This document shows positions 8,984 to 19,255 of a DNA stretch of 64,000 bases, in pieces (position 1 is the stretch's first letter; every line of letters starts with the position of its first letter). The stretch spans positions 64,001 to 128,000 of the forward strand of contig JAEHCO010000002.1 of NCBI GenBank assembly GCA_020697715.1. The letters are read 5' to 3'. A program made the position numbers and the translations under genes. The notes below the pieces were generated by a model, which saw only the letters and a program-made list of their open reading frames with translations, was not told the DNA's origin and did no database searches. The DNA comes from Methanobacteriota archaeon. GTDB taxonomy: Archaea > Thermoplasmatota > Thermoplasmata > SG8-5 > JAGLSY01.

Positions 8984-11782
8984 TTACCAATCAACCGTCC
9001 ATATAGTATCAATTTGAGTATACACCCAGTATCCTTCACCCGGCACCATTATGTAATTTGGCTCCACTACAATTTGATTGTAGGGTGCTGTGGTATTACA
9101 GACCTCCACGATGCTCACGCCAGTTCCCCAGAATGCATCGGCTACAGATACCCCATTGTTCAATGTCGGATAGCTCACAAGGTTCCATCCGGCATACAAT
9201 TGGATATCTGTCGATGGAGCTAGATTGCCATAGACCATCAGTTCCACATCTGGCTCTATGATATTTATCCAGAATCCCATCTTATGGTCTATGAAAAATA
9301 GATCATCCAATGTATCTGGCCTTAAGATAATATTACTCGCCCAATGGTTAGTATCAGCCGCATCATATGCCATCACCATGTCCCATTTACCATCAATGCT
9401 CTGAAGCACATAACTCAAGGACTGGCTCGATGGAGCCATAGGCAAGGATATGAGATTCCATCCTACTGAAAGAGGTATGATGAAACTATCGCCCGTGGAA
9501 TTATCGACCCCGAACTCCTCATATGAATGATTCACCGCGGTAGGAAAGTCTGTATCATATATCTCGACCCTGAGGTCCCAGCTGTCTAGATCATTCAGAG
9601 CCTGCATTGGATCATGTATGTCATTGGCCGCACCATTTACAAATTCCTGGCCGTCCGCGGCATATACCTCAGATCCAAATGTCACATTTATGTAAAGATA
9701 ATAATGATCCCAGGGTACTCCTTCAATATACCAGCTATCCAGCATGAAGCCTTCTGCTGACCCTAAAGGATAGGTCATCATTGCGTAGTCATTGCCCATG
9801 CCTACGCCTTCTGACCATTCGATCGAGAATTGTTTGGTCCATTTCTCTTCTCCCGCCCCTGGGTCAGGGAATGGTATGCCAATACCATCATCATACCAGC
9901 CAGTGATATTGACTACGGTATTGTCCATGCCATCAAAGATTTGATCCACGCCACCTATTGAATAATTCACTTCTGTTCGGAAGGTGTAAGTGTTACTGAC
10001 TGGCACCACGGTGTTCAGGGTCGAAGTATGTGTAGGGTCGGACTGCTCCCACATATCCACATCAAAGATATGTGGCATCTCCACTATCACGGAAAGCGTC
10101 GTGCTGGAATCCATGACCACAGATCCTCCATAAGTGCCCAGTGTGTAGGTTATAGTGGCTTCATACATACCTTCGACTGTAGCAGCAGGAACATCCACCC
10201 ACCAGGCAATATCTGTGGAGCTCCGCCCATTGTAGTCCGAGCCCCAGGGTCCCTCTGCAATGGTTCCGTTACCTGGTGCCGGGACCATCCAGTTAGCAAA
10301 TGACTGGCTGGTATTCCCCCACACACCAAGTGGTATATCGGCTCCAGGGAAAGCCGTGCCAGCGGCCCAAGATAAATTGATCTGGGTATTCGAATTATCT
10401 GCCAGTGGGCTCATAGAGGCCACATGCACATTGCTTGCCAAGATAGTACCAAAGCCACTGGTTCTCTGAAGGTCTGTAATTGACACATTCAGATAATAAT
10501 CTTGATTTGAAGATAAGGATACCTGGCTATTTGGCATGGCAAAGTTCTGAATCGACCCAGGGGGTGCGATAACCATTGGATCAAATGCGGCATTGATGTC
10601 CTTATTGGGTAAAATTCCGAACTCCTCGTAGGCATTGGCCTCTGTACTGGGCTGGTTTGCATCACATATTCTGATATTGAAATTCCAGGAATTTAGATCG
10701 TTAAATGAGGTCACAGCATTATTGATATCTGCAGATGCCCCATTGCCGAATCCATTACCGTCAGCAACACGGGTCTGAGGTCCAAATGTTATGTTCATAT
10801 ATACATAATAATGGTCTCCGGGACCTGGTTCCAGCCACCAACTGTCTATTTGAAATTCATCAGTGCCTGGGCTTCCGATCGGATTGATCAATCCAATAGT
10901 GTCTGCTCCCGGAACAATACCCTCAGACCATAATGCCGAGAAGGCTCTTGTCCTATCATGGTCATCGGTCACTGGCATAGAACTTGATTCAATACCTTCG
11001 TCATACCAGGCAGTTAGTAATATCCATACATCATCTTCTCCATCTGCATAGAATTGATCGACACCATCTACGGTGTAATTCACTTCAGCAAAGAAGGTGT
11101 AGGTGTTATCAGCTTCAACTTCCATGTTCAGAAGGGACGGGGCAGCTATGCCAAATGATTGGTCCCACATATCTATGTCGAAACATGAAATAGAAGATTC
11201 TGCAGCTATGCCAGGTATCTGAACATCGATATCGAAATTTCCACCATTTGGAGAGTGAAATATCTGATCAGCTGGCGCGTAAGTTCCATCTGCTTGAGGT
11301 ATTGCACCTTTGAAAGCACAATACCCGTTCGATGAGCCACCAGGCACATTAAAGGAGGCCCCATTCACCCAGATCTTGAAGTCCTTATCGAAGAATGCAT
11401 CATCATTTGAATCAACGGAGTATGAAAGCGACGCATATCCAAAATCAATGAAGGAATCATCGATGTTTGCCTCTTGCAAGCCCACTCCTGGTGAGAAACC
11501 TTCATCATAGTAACAATGCCATTCATCCTCTCCATCTTCCGGCCAGTATTTTCCGTCATAATCTACATCAACACATAATATTATCTCGAAGTTTGCACTT
11601 GTTTCTGTTGTCAACTGAGTAATACTATCTGTCTCCCAGAACCACATAGATAGAGATGAGACAACAGGAAAGCCATAAGAATTATCTTCAGGTACTGGTG
11701 ACCCGGCAATATAAAGAGTAGATGGCACGATCATACATATAAAAATTATCAAAGCCCCGATTATTCTGACCCTTTCCCACAT
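8984..11782 (-). CDS. Secreted acidic surface protein with an internal domain duplication and a GWNL C-terminal domain
   Basis: Signal peptide; two ~190-aa copies (FDxDMWxQS...YEEFG); C-terminal GWNLISLP / GWNLVSYP / PGEGYWV. Confidence 0.85.
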   Translation of the reverse strand: MWERVRIIGALIIFICMIVPSTLYIAGSPVPEDNSYGFPVVSSLSMWFWETDSITQLTTETSANFEIILCVDVDYDGKYWPEDGEDEWHCYYDEGFSPGVGLQEANIDDSFIDFGYASLSYSVDSNDDAFFDKDFKIWVNGASFNVPGGSSNGYCAFKGAIPQADGTYAPADQIFHSPNGGNFDIDVQIPGIAAESSISCFDIDMWDQSFGIAAPSLLNMEVEADNTYTFFAEVNYTVDGVDQFYADGEDDVWILLTAWYDEGIESSSMPVTDDHDRTRAFSALWSEGIVPGADTIGLINPIGSPGTDEFQIDSWWLEPGPGDHYYVYMNITFGPQTRVADGNGFGNGASADINNAVTSFNDLNSWNFNIRICDANQPSTEANAYEEFGILPNKDINAAFDPMVIAPPGSIQNFAMPNSQVSLSSNQDYYLNVSITDLQRTSGFGTILASNVHVASMSPLADNSNTQINLSWAAGTAFPGADIPLGVWGNTSQSFANWMVPAPGNGTIAEGPWGSDYNGRSSTDIAWWVDVPAATVEGMYEATITYTLGTYGGSVVMDSSTTLSVIVEMPHIFDVDMWEQSDPTHTSTLNTVVPVSNTYTFRTEVNYSIGGVDQIFDGMDNTVVNITGWYDDGIGIPFPDPGAGEEKWTKQFSIEWSEGVGMGNDYAMMTYPLGSAEGFMLDSWYIEGVPWDHYYLYINVTFGSEVYAADGQEFVNGAANDIHDPMQALNDLDSWDLRVEIYDTDFPTAVNHSYEEFGVDNSTGDSFIIPLSVGWNLISLPMAPSSQSLSYVLQSIDGKWDMVMAYDAADTNHWASNIILRPDTLDDLFFIDHKMGFWINIIEPDVELMVYGNLAPSTDIQLYAGWNLVSYPTLNNGVSVADAFWGTGVSIVEVCNTTAPYNQIVVEPNYIMVPGEGYWVYTQIDTIWTVDW

Positions 11783-11886
11783 ATTCTATGGTATTGATTA
11801 TAAAGTATAAAGATTTATTTAATATTAGATAAAATTAACGAAAGTTTTAATATCCACCGCATTATTTATCCGATTGGAAATGCCCA

Positions 11887-12561
11887 ATGCCTGACGACGA
11901 TGATACCGATAAACGGAGCCAGAACAATAATAATGACAAGCCTAAAGAAGATTTTTCAGATAAGCTTGAGCGCTGGGACATGTATTGCGAGATATCGGAC
12001 GTAGGGTCGATATCCAGACGTTATTTCGTGATGAATGCATTTGATGGTGCATTGACCATGCTTGGAGTTGTAATTGGTGCCAGCATGGCTCCCGAAGCCG
12101 TGGATCCGCTTTTCATAATATTAGCTGGTCTTTCCGGAGCCTTCGCCATGTGCATATCCGGAATAAGCGGCGCGTACATGACCGAGAGCGCGGAGCGTGA
12201 AAGAGAGCTTAAATCCCTGGAGCGAGCATTGCTTTGCAAGCTGGATGACACAGTGCATAAGGAAGCGTCGAAGTTCGCGACCATACTGACATCTCTTGTG
12301 GATGGCTTCAGCCCCGCACTGGCTGCCCTTATTGTGATCAGTCCATTCTTCTTGGTCAATGCAGGCTACATGACGATGGATATGGCCTTTCCAGTTTCCA
12401 TATCCCTGACCATGCTTGTGCTTCTTATCCTTGGATTGTACTTGGCAAAGATATCCGATCAGAGCCTGGCCAAATATGGATTGAGAATGTTGATAGTTGG
12501 TCTGGTGACCGCCCTGATGTGTGCCGTGGTGGCAATAGCCCTTGGTGCGCCGGCAGTTTAG
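11887..12561 (+). CDS. VIT1/CCC1 family metal transporter
   Basis: RRYFVMNAFDGALT, GISGAYMTESAE; about five TM helices. Confidence 0.85.
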   Translation: MPDDDDTDKRSQNNNNDKPKEDFSDKLERWDMYCEISDVGSISRRYFVMNAFDGALTMLGVVIGASMAPEAVDPLFIILAGLSGAFAMCISGISGAYMTESAERERELKSLERALLCKLDDTVHKEASKFATILTSLVDGFSPALAALIVISPFFLVNAGYMTMDMAFPVSISLTMLVLLILGLYLAKISDQSLAKYGLRMLIVGLVTALMCAVVAIALGAPAV

Positions 12562-12718
12562 GGAAAGCGGATAAGGATTTATTGAAGTTTATTTAATAAA
12601 CATAATACGACTTAATTAGAATATCAGGATTAATTCATTTACCCTGTTTTAATTAGGCCAGGTAATTCAAAATAATGTTGGATGTGCACATATTAACATT
12701 CGTTAAACGCTGTTACAT

Positions 12719-12749
12719 TGTTCGAAGATTGTACCAAACCGTATATAAA
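12719..12749 (+). promoter_or_regulatory. Putative operator + BRE/TATA shared with the promoter at 58955-58985
   Basis: TGTTCGAAGATTGTACCAAACCGTATATAAA versus TGTTCAACACTTGTATCAAAACACCTATAAA on the minus strand at 58985-58955. Confidence 0.6.
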
Positions 12750-12770
12750 CACCGGGTATCATATAGTTGA

Positions 12771-12856
12771 TTAGAGGCTTTTATCTATTATTCTGCCCAC
12801 ATAATAGAGCCCCTTCGCGGGGTAGCCTCCTCCATTCTCCCTTTATTAGAGGTTTT
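12771..12856 (+). promoter_or_regulatory. Structured 5' leader (three-way junction) with alternative SD pairing
   Basis: GAGGCT/AGCCTC closes CTATTA/TAATAG and GCCCC/GGGGT stems; the SD region GAGGTT can also pair with AGCCTC. Confidence 0.45.
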
Positions 12857-12858
12857 CT

Positions 12859-13905
12859 ATGAAGAAAATGGTAACATTCGGAATAGTAAGTGCCCTTGTT
12901 ATATCCAGCTTATTGCTTCTTTTTAGTTCTGGCATCATTGGCCAGGAAGAATATATGCCTCGTACGAACGATTATTCATATTATGAAGTGGCGGTGGATC
13001 CGCCTGATGGCCAGATATATTATCCGATCATCAATTATTCTGTTTCCAGAAATTCAGATTTCGTCTCTCTCTTCGATGAGATAGGCCTTGAGAATTTCGG
13101 TACTACTCCAGATTATCTGGAGAACTTCACCACATATTCGCACGATGACGAATATGGTTCCCTTGTCATCCACGAATCCCCGACCACGGCTATTGAATTC
13201 GATTCCGAGTCAGAGAACAGCCTGGAGTTCACCCTGTCCAGAGAAACTGGGGCACTGAAAAGTGGAAACTCGATAATAGTTGGGAATGAGGACGTGAGCG
13301 GCACCTTCATAATGCAAGGAGATGCGAGAGCCAATATCCTTGGAAGGACGATCACCTTCACCCTGGGAGATGGTGGCAGGGTGATATTCAGAGCCAGTCC
13401 AGATGGGGAAGCTGTCATAGGCGAGGCAATATCTGATGGAAAGATCGGCGGGGAGATATTCATATCCTCGGAAAATGGATATCTGCTGGAGGACATCGTG
13501 ACCTTCGAAGATCTCAAGATGCAGACTATCGCCGCAGACCCCGAGGTGGACCTTAAAGTATCCGGAGATCTGGATGCTGGCAGTGTTATTGTCATCCATG
13601 TCGACAAAGATATCCTTGGATTCGATTCAATAGAAGATATGGGTGTCCAGGTGGACGGTGAATATATCTCGCAAGGAAATGGCCTCAGCGAGACCCTTTA
13701 CGAAGGGGGAGATGGCCATGTTTACTTCATCACGGAAAATGAATATGGATACGATGTGGTGATATATCTTTCACATTTCTCAGATCACATGATAACAATA
13801 GGAAGTGCGGAGCAAAGCATTGGAATAGATGGATATGCAACCTTTTTATCGGCGCTTGCGATGGTGGGCATCGCCGCCGTGGCCTTGATCTACAACAGGG
13901 ATTGA
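12859..13905 (+). CDS. Secreted, C-terminally anchored acidic protein (HFSDH motif); paralog of 57361-58938
   Basis: Signal peptide, acidic body, YLSHFSDHMITI, C-terminal TM helix. Confidence 0.85.
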   Translation: MKKMVTFGIVSALVISSLLLLFSSGIIGQEEYMPRTNDYSYYEVAVDPPDGQIYYPIINYSVSRNSDFVSLFDEIGLENFGTTPDYLENFTTYSHDDEYGSLVIHESPTTAIEFDSESENSLEFTLSRETGALKSGNSIIVGNEDVSGTFIMQGDARANILGRTITFTLGDGGRVIFRASPDGEAVIGEAISDGKIGGEIFISSENGYLLEDIVTFEDLKMQTIAADPEVDLKVSGDLDAGSVIVIHVDKDILGFDSIEDMGVQVDGEYISQGNGLSETLYEGGDGHVYFITENEYGYDVVIYLSHFSDHMITIGSAEQSIGIDGYATFLSALAMVGIAAVALIYNRD

Positions 13906-14520
13906 GGCATCCTCCAGATCCTTTTTATTGGGTCTGCCATGCTTGCAATACAGCCGTACTACGTCCCTAGCTAGAGCCATAGCTCCAGGTCTGAAGAGCA
14001 TGTGGGATGTTGTCTTTATTCTGTAAATATATAATTTGTACTTGCCGATCTCGATATCTCCATAGACTCTGAACTCATCATCCGGGTCGGTCATGAAGGC
14101 TTCTGCTTGGGTCGTGCGCCCGAGATTGATCGATACCTTTACAACAATTTCATTGAAGTATCTCGTCCAGATGGTGTCGATATCATCAACAATGGCTTTG
14201 TTCAGTCTCTTATTACCGACCTCGATGCTCATGACCTGGATGCAAGTGTCGCCGACCATGATCTCATCGCCCACCCTCAGCTCATGACCTGTTGGAAGCT
14301 CCACCCTGGTCCTTGTGGATTCTTCCAATTGGCTGATGATGGTCCTTATGGATATTAATTTTGGAATTTCCATCTCCATATCAAAGCCTTTCTCGCATTT
14401 TGAACATTTGAGAACTGCCTTTATTTTGTACTTGCCAGACATCCTGCTCTTGATAACTCTACAGATGGATTCCTCATTGCAGAAAGTGCATTTCGCGTAC
14501 AGGGATGATGGTATCTCCAT
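13846..14520 (-). CDS. Archaeal zinc-finger protein (HVO_0476/COG1326-like)
   Basis: CTFC...CSKC, ELRVGDEI, IDTIWTR, ARDVVRLY. Overlaps the convergent gene by 60 nt. Confidence 0.8.
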   Translation of the reverse strand: MEIPSSLYAKCTFCNEESICRVIKSRMSGKYKIKAVLKCSKCEKGFDMEMEIPKLISIRTIISQLEESTRTRVELPTGHELRVGDEIMVGDTCIQVMSIEVGNKRLNKAIVDDIDTIWTRYFNEIVVKVSINLGRTTQAEAFMTDPDDEFRVYGDIEIGKYKLYIYRIKTTSHMLFRPGAMALARDVVRLYCKHGRPNKKDLEDASIPVVDQGHGGDAHHRKRR

Positions 14521-14558
14521 GTACCCGGTGATTCGCAAGGGGTTTAAAATGACTTCTA

Positions 14559-15200
14559 TCACTCAAGGCTTTTCAGTATCTCCTGAGCCGCGGCCTTCGG
14601 ATCCTCCGAATTGTAGATACTCCTTCCTACAATTATGAAATCCGCTCCTGCGTCGATAGTTGCCTTGGCAGATCCGCCCTGAGCCCCAACTCCCGGGCTC
14701 AGTATTAGAAGGTCTTCCACGATAACTCGTAACTGGCTGATCCTTTCTGGCCTGGTGGCTGGTGCTATTATGCCTGTAGCTCCAACATCGAAGGCTCGCC
14801 TTGCCAGAACGTCCGCCACTGGCTTTATGAACCATTTCGCGCCAGGATGGCTCATCTCGGCCACCACATAGACATCGATCCCATCAGCGGCTTTGATACA
14901 GGCTTCCATTGAATCCATGCCAACAAATGCATGGATTATAATTCCGCTGGCACCTGCCTTGACCGCCTGCTCGACTATCAGGCGGCTGGTATTGTCTATA
15001 TCAGCCACTTTGAAGTCGCAGATGACCGGGCCAAACTTGGAGAGCTCGGTCACAATGCCCAGGCCCTGGCTCAGTACAAGTGGGTAATTCACCTTGAAGG
15101 CATCGACCACTCCCTTCAAGTCTTCGGCAACTTGCAGGGCTTTTTCTCTATCCAGCATATCCATGGCGACTATCAGTCTTGTGCGAGGTGTCAGGGTCAT
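14559..15200 (-). CDS. pyrF: Orotidine-5'-phosphate decarboxylase
   Basis: DFKVADIDNT, EMSHPG, SPGVGAQGG, IVGRSIY. Confidence 0.97.
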   Translation of the reverse strand: MTLTPRTRLIVAMDMLDREKALQVAEDLKGVVDAFKVNYPLVLSQGLGIVTELSKFGPVICDFKVADIDNTSRLIVEQAVKAGASGIIIHAFVGMDSMEACIKAADGIDVYVVAEMSHPGAKWFIKPVADVLARRAFDVGATGIIAPATRPERISQLRVIVEDLLILSPGVGAQGGSAKATIDAGADFIIVGRSIYNSEDPKAAAQEILKSLE

Positions 15201-15297
15201 GGCTGGGCATAATATGAGAGAGATATAAAGATTTACGGTTTACCTTGGTAACACTCAGGCAAAAAGTTTTTTATCCCGCCCTGTATTGACCGCCTTG

Positions 15298-16572
15298 ATG
15301 ACCATAATGGCAGAGGCTAAATCCGGTATCACCGATCTTATCAGGCAGGTGGCCGCGGACGAGAAGATGGACCCAGAGAAATTACGCAGGGCGGTAGCTG
15401 CTGGCCACATTGTGATTCCCAATAATCCCATACATTCTCCTATACCAAAAGGGATCGGAGAGGGTTGTAGTATCAAGGTGAATGTGAACCTTGGCACATC
15501 CGAGGATTGTATGGATGTGGAAGAAGAATTGGAGAAAGCTCGAGTCGCGATGAAGTTCGGAGCAGATGCCATCATGGATCTGAGCACTGGTGGAGATGTG
15601 GATGCGATCCGCGCCCGCATCATGAAGGAAGTCAATATTCCGATCGGAACGGTTCCGATTTACCAGGCGGGATTGGAGATGGCCAGGAAATGCTCTGTCG
15701 TGGATATGACAGAGGATATGATCTTCAATGGCATCGAGAAGCATGCGAAGGACGGCGTGGACTTCATGACCGTCCACACTGGCATAACCAAGGAAAGCAT
15801 AGGTCGATTGAAGAAATGCGGCCGACTTACTGACATAGTCAGCCGCGGTGGCTCCTTCCTGACAGCGTGGATACTGGCCAATGACATGGAGAATCCCCTT
15901 TACGAGAATTTCGATTACCTGTTGGAACTGGCTCAAAAATACGAGTTCACCCTCAGCCTGGGAGATGGGCTGAGGCCAGGCAGTATTGCCGATGCCACCG
16001 ACGGTCCTCAACTTCAGGAACTTATCATCCTGGGCGAATGCGTCCAGCGTGCCCGTGAGGCAAATGTACAGACCATGGTGGAAGGCCCTGGCCATGTTCC
16101 ACTCAATCAGATAGAAGCGAATATGATAATTGAGAAGACCATCTGCAAGAACGCGCCCTTCTATGTCCTGGGCCCGTTGGTCACGGATATCGCACCCGGA
16201 TATGACCACATTGTGGGAGCCATCGGTGGCGCACTGGCTGCCTATCATGGCGCGGATTTCCTGTGCTATGTGACCCCGGCTGAACATCTATGTCTTCCGG
16301 ATGTGGAGGATGTGAAGATTGGCACGATAACCAGCAAGATAGCGGCTCACGCGGCCGATGTGGCGAAAGGCCGCGGTATGGAGCGTGACAATGCAATATC
16401 TCAGGGCAGGAAGGATCTTGACTGGGATGTGATCTACAAGAATTCCATTGATCCAGAACATGCCCGCAAGAGGCGTGGAGACCGAGAGCCAGGGGAAGAG
16501 GATGTGTGCTCGATGTGTGGGGAATACTGCGCTATCAAGCTGATCAAAGAGCATATGGATAAGGAAGATTAG
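15298..16572 (+). CDS. thiC: Phosphomethylpyrimidine synthase (ThiC/Bza family)
   Basis: KVNVNLGTS, MDLSTGG, VSRGGS, EGPGH, PGYDH and C-terminal CSMCGEYC. A Bza-type paralog is not excluded. Confidence 0.9.
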   Translation: MTIMAEAKSGITDLIRQVAADEKMDPEKLRRAVAAGHIVIPNNPIHSPIPKGIGEGCSIKVNVNLGTSEDCMDVEEELEKARVAMKFGADAIMDLSTGGDVDAIRARIMKEVNIPIGTVPIYQAGLEMARKCSVVDMTEDMIFNGIEKHAKDGVDFMTVHTGITKESIGRLKKCGRLTDIVSRGGSFLTAWILANDMENPLYENFDYLLELAQKYEFTLSLGDGLRPGSIADATDGPQLQELIILGECVQRAREANVQTMVEGPGHVPLNQIEANMIIEKTICKNAPFYVLGPLVTDIAPGYDHIVGAIGGALAAYHGADFLCYVTPAEHLCLPDVEDVKIGTITSKIAAHAADVAKGRGMERDNAISQGRKDLDWDVIYKNSIDPEHARKRRGDREPGEEDVCSMCGEYCAIKLIKEHMDKED

Positions 16573-16698
16573 TTATCTTCTGGCAGAATCATTCGGCAGT
16601 AATTATGCAGGCGTAATAATATTAATCTAATTATATTATTATTTGCATAAATATAACATATATTGCATAGAAATATCAAAAATGTATCAAAAATAAGA

Positions 16699-17730
16699 TC
16701 ATCCAGTGATGATCTTCTGATAATCGCCTTCCTTCATCATCTCTGTCCCATCGACTGTTATCGAGCATTTCAACATCAGCAGATCGATATGATGGTGGCA
16801 TGACCATGTGGCGCCTGTTTTCTCGTGATATGGATCTCCAAAGGCCACATGTATCGTTGGAAGTTTCTCATCCTGAAGGATATTGCCAACTATCTTCTCA
16901 AGGAATATATTGGTGCCTATGCCAAGCTCTCCAACCCTGGATGCGCATGGCTCGCTGTTAATGTATTTTGTGAAATCCTCAAGAAGCTCCTTGTTCTCAC
17001 ACTCGCAATAGGCGACATAGGATCCGCCATTCCTGGTCTCGACATCGATTATCAATGGGGTCTCGGAGAAATCAACGATCTCATTGTATTTCTCGCCAAG
17101 CCAGTCACCAACTGTACCATCGACCACGAGTCTACCCTCAAGGGTAAGTGGTGCTGTGAATACTTCACCGGATGGGAGATTGTCCCATTCTCCGGTCTTG
17201 GTGACCACGCCAGAGCATGGTATCCATTTCATTGAAGAATCCATCCTCGCGATAAAATCTGTGCCAGCTGGTGATGTGACACGTATCTCTTCCGCATCCT
17301 TCACCATCCTGTAGACATTCTCGGTGATCTTCTGGACAATATCATAATCAACACACATGCCAGATTCCATTATCTCATTGGAAACACCGACCATGTGTGC
17401 ATGTCGTGCTTTGGCCTTTATAAGTTTCAGGAAAGGTTCCCTGAGTGTTGCCAATTCCCCTTCACGGGCACCAGCAACGAAAAAAGTGACGGTTGCTTTC
17501 AATATGGCCTCTCTAAGCCCGTCCGGCATCTGTTTGAGAGGACGTCCTCCATAAGATGGTAGGTCAACATTGAAAAATCTGACATGGTTGGTTATCTCGA
17601 GAGATGCCTTTCTGAGCGCGATGCCGATGTCTTTACTATCTTCATCAGCAACTATGAGGACATAATCCTCTGGCTTTACGACCATGCACTTTTCGACAGC
17701 GATCTTCGCACCTTGCTCAATTGGAACCAT
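16699..17730 (-). CDS. Aminopeptidase, M29 (AmpS/AmpT) family
   Basis: NLPSGEVFTAP, GELGIGTN, QDEK...HVAFGDP, HIDL. Confidence 0.88.
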   Translation of the reverse strand: MVPIEQGAKIAVEKCMVVKPEDYVLIVADEDSKDIGIALRKASLEITNHVRFFNVDLPSYGGRPLKQMPDGLREAILKATVTFFVAGAREGELATLREPFLKLIKAKARHAHMVGVSNEIMESGMCVDYDIVQKITENVYRMVKDAEEIRVTSPAGTDFIARMDSSMKWIPCSGVVTKTGEWDNLPSGEVFTAPLTLEGRLVVDGTVGDWLGEKYNEIVDFSETPLIIDVETRNGGSYVAYCECENKELLEDFTKYINSEPCASRVGELGIGTNIFLEKIVGNILQDEKLPTIHVAFGDPYHEKTGATWSCHHHIDLLMLKCSITVDGTEMMKEGDYQKIITG

Positions 17731-17869
17731 CAGTCTTCCGTAAAATGGAACTAATATATAACACTTCCACCAAACAATTTTATAGTTACCAGGCATAAAT
17801 AATAATATTAACATTATTAAGGAATATGGGATAATTTTAAATCATTTTTCGAGATACGCTATCGTTAAT

Positions 17870-18241
17870 ATGCCTCCACTTGGAATAATGACCTATGGTT
17901 ATGATGAGAATACCGCACGAAATGTCCAGAGTATGCTGGAGGTCATGATGGGGTCCGATATAGTGGTCATCGGAGCATCAGATAAGGATGATGTGCTTGT
18001 TAGCCAGATATTGGAAAGTGGCCCGGATTCTTCCACTTTCGCAGACCATCAGAACAAGATGCTCATGCTACTTGGTTTCGATGATGATCAGGTCAAGGTA
18101 CTTTTGCAGAACTTCCCAAAGAAAGAGCGCCCGATATTTTGCGGACTGACAGAAGAGAACATCAAATGGGACATGAAATATTTGATGGAACATCTCCTCG
18201 AAGAAAAGAAATACTGGGAATCGAAGGGAAAGCGCAATTGA
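17870..18241 (+). CDS. DUF3783-like conserved protein
   Basis: C-terminal PIFCGLTEENIKW...LMEHLLEE pattern. Confidence 0.65.
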   Translation: MPPLGIMTYGYDENTARNVQSMLEVMMGSDIVVIGASDKDDVLVSQILESGPDSSTFADHQNKMLMLLGFDDDQVKVLLQNFPKKERPIFCGLTEENIKWDMKYLMEHLLEEKKYWESKGKRN

Positions 18242-18256
18242 TACATCATTCTAAAT

Positions 18257-19105
18257 CTATAGCTCGGAAGGCAATGTCTCATCAGGTTCCACAGGCGTAC
18301 CAGCCGCCTGTGTTTGCGGTTTTTCATCCTGCACTGGTGTTTGTGGCTGAGTGGGTTGTGGGGGTTGAGCTGGCTGAGGATATCCCTGCCTCTGATATGC
18401 AGTTGTTTGATAAACTGGCTGGAAACTCATTGGCTGAAGTTGTTGTGGTTGTCGCTTATCCTTCTTCTTGCGCTCACCATATATTGCGAGCACGACGATA
18501 CTGACCAATATAAGAAGTCCAATGCCTCCTACCAGGATCAATCCTCCTATGATATCTGTGAAAGGATCATCCGTCCATGAGGAGGAGTACTCGTATTCTA
18601 GTGCCATTTCTAATGACACAACACCTTCTGTATCTGCATCATTCGAGGTGATATTGCAATTGCGATTGTCTATTATTATGAATATCTCATCATCTGAGTA
18701 ATCGTAATAATAGTCTCCACCGCCTTCCTCGAACTCATAATGTATATTGGCCACAGCCACATCTTCCACTGATTCTGTTTTGTGTGAAATGGCTCTTGGC
18801 TCGGTCGCGTCATCTGATGATGAATAATCTCCATAATAGTATGTGGAATAAGGATAGGCATTATCCACCTGGGTGTAGGTCATGACATAGACATCTATAT
18901 TTCCACCAGAGGTGACCGTGATATTGACCCATATCTCGCTGTAGGTCCAGGCATCATATGGCCCCGATATGTAGAAGTTTCCTTCTCCTATGTGGATGAT
19001 ATCTGACTCAATATCCTGAGCTTTAGAATTATCAGTAATTATGAATGTCAATGAAGCAGTGATCAATATCGCAAGCACGATGCAACTGAAAGCCCTTCCC
19101 TTCAT
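18257..19105 (-). CDS. Single-pass membrane protein: extracellular beta domain, Q/P-rich cytoplasmic tail
   Basis: Signal peptide, NIDVYVM...IIDN segment, TM helix, QPQ-rich tail. Confidence 0.8.
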   Translation of the reverse strand: MKGRAFSCIVLAILITASLTFIITDNSKAQDIESDIIHIGEGNFYISGPYDAWTYSEIWVNITVTSGGNIDVYVMTYTQVDNAYPYSTYYYGDYSSSDDATEPRAISHKTESVEDVAVANIHYEFEEGGGDYYYDYSDDEIFIIIDNRNCNITSNDADTEGVVSLEMALEYEYSSSWTDDPFTDIIGGLILVGGIGLLILVSIVVLAIYGERKKKDKRQPQQLQPMSFQPVYQTTAYQRQGYPQPAQPPQPTQPQTPVQDEKPQTQAAGTPVEPDETLPSEL

Positions 19106-19150
19106 GGATGAATATCACATTATTGAGATATAAGACTTTGGAATATGTGA

Positions 19151-19255
19151 GAAAACTCGCCTACGTCTTGTGTGCCACAAGGCTAGTTCGCAATCAATAG
19201 ATTGCTCACCTCACCTGCTCTTAGTTCGGATCGTTATGCTTCTCGGCTCAATTGC
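19151..19255 (-). repeat. Intergenic hairpin repeat family, copy C
   Basis: Minus strand reads GCAATT..CCGAG-[insert]-GAGCAGG, hairpins GCAATC/GATTGC and CTTGTG/CACAAG, then GGCGAGTTTTC. Confidence 0.55.

Noticed and set aside
15201-15297. TPP riboswitch upstream of thiC
   Set aside because: The ~100-bp divergent spacer has no CTGAGA or other aptamer elements.
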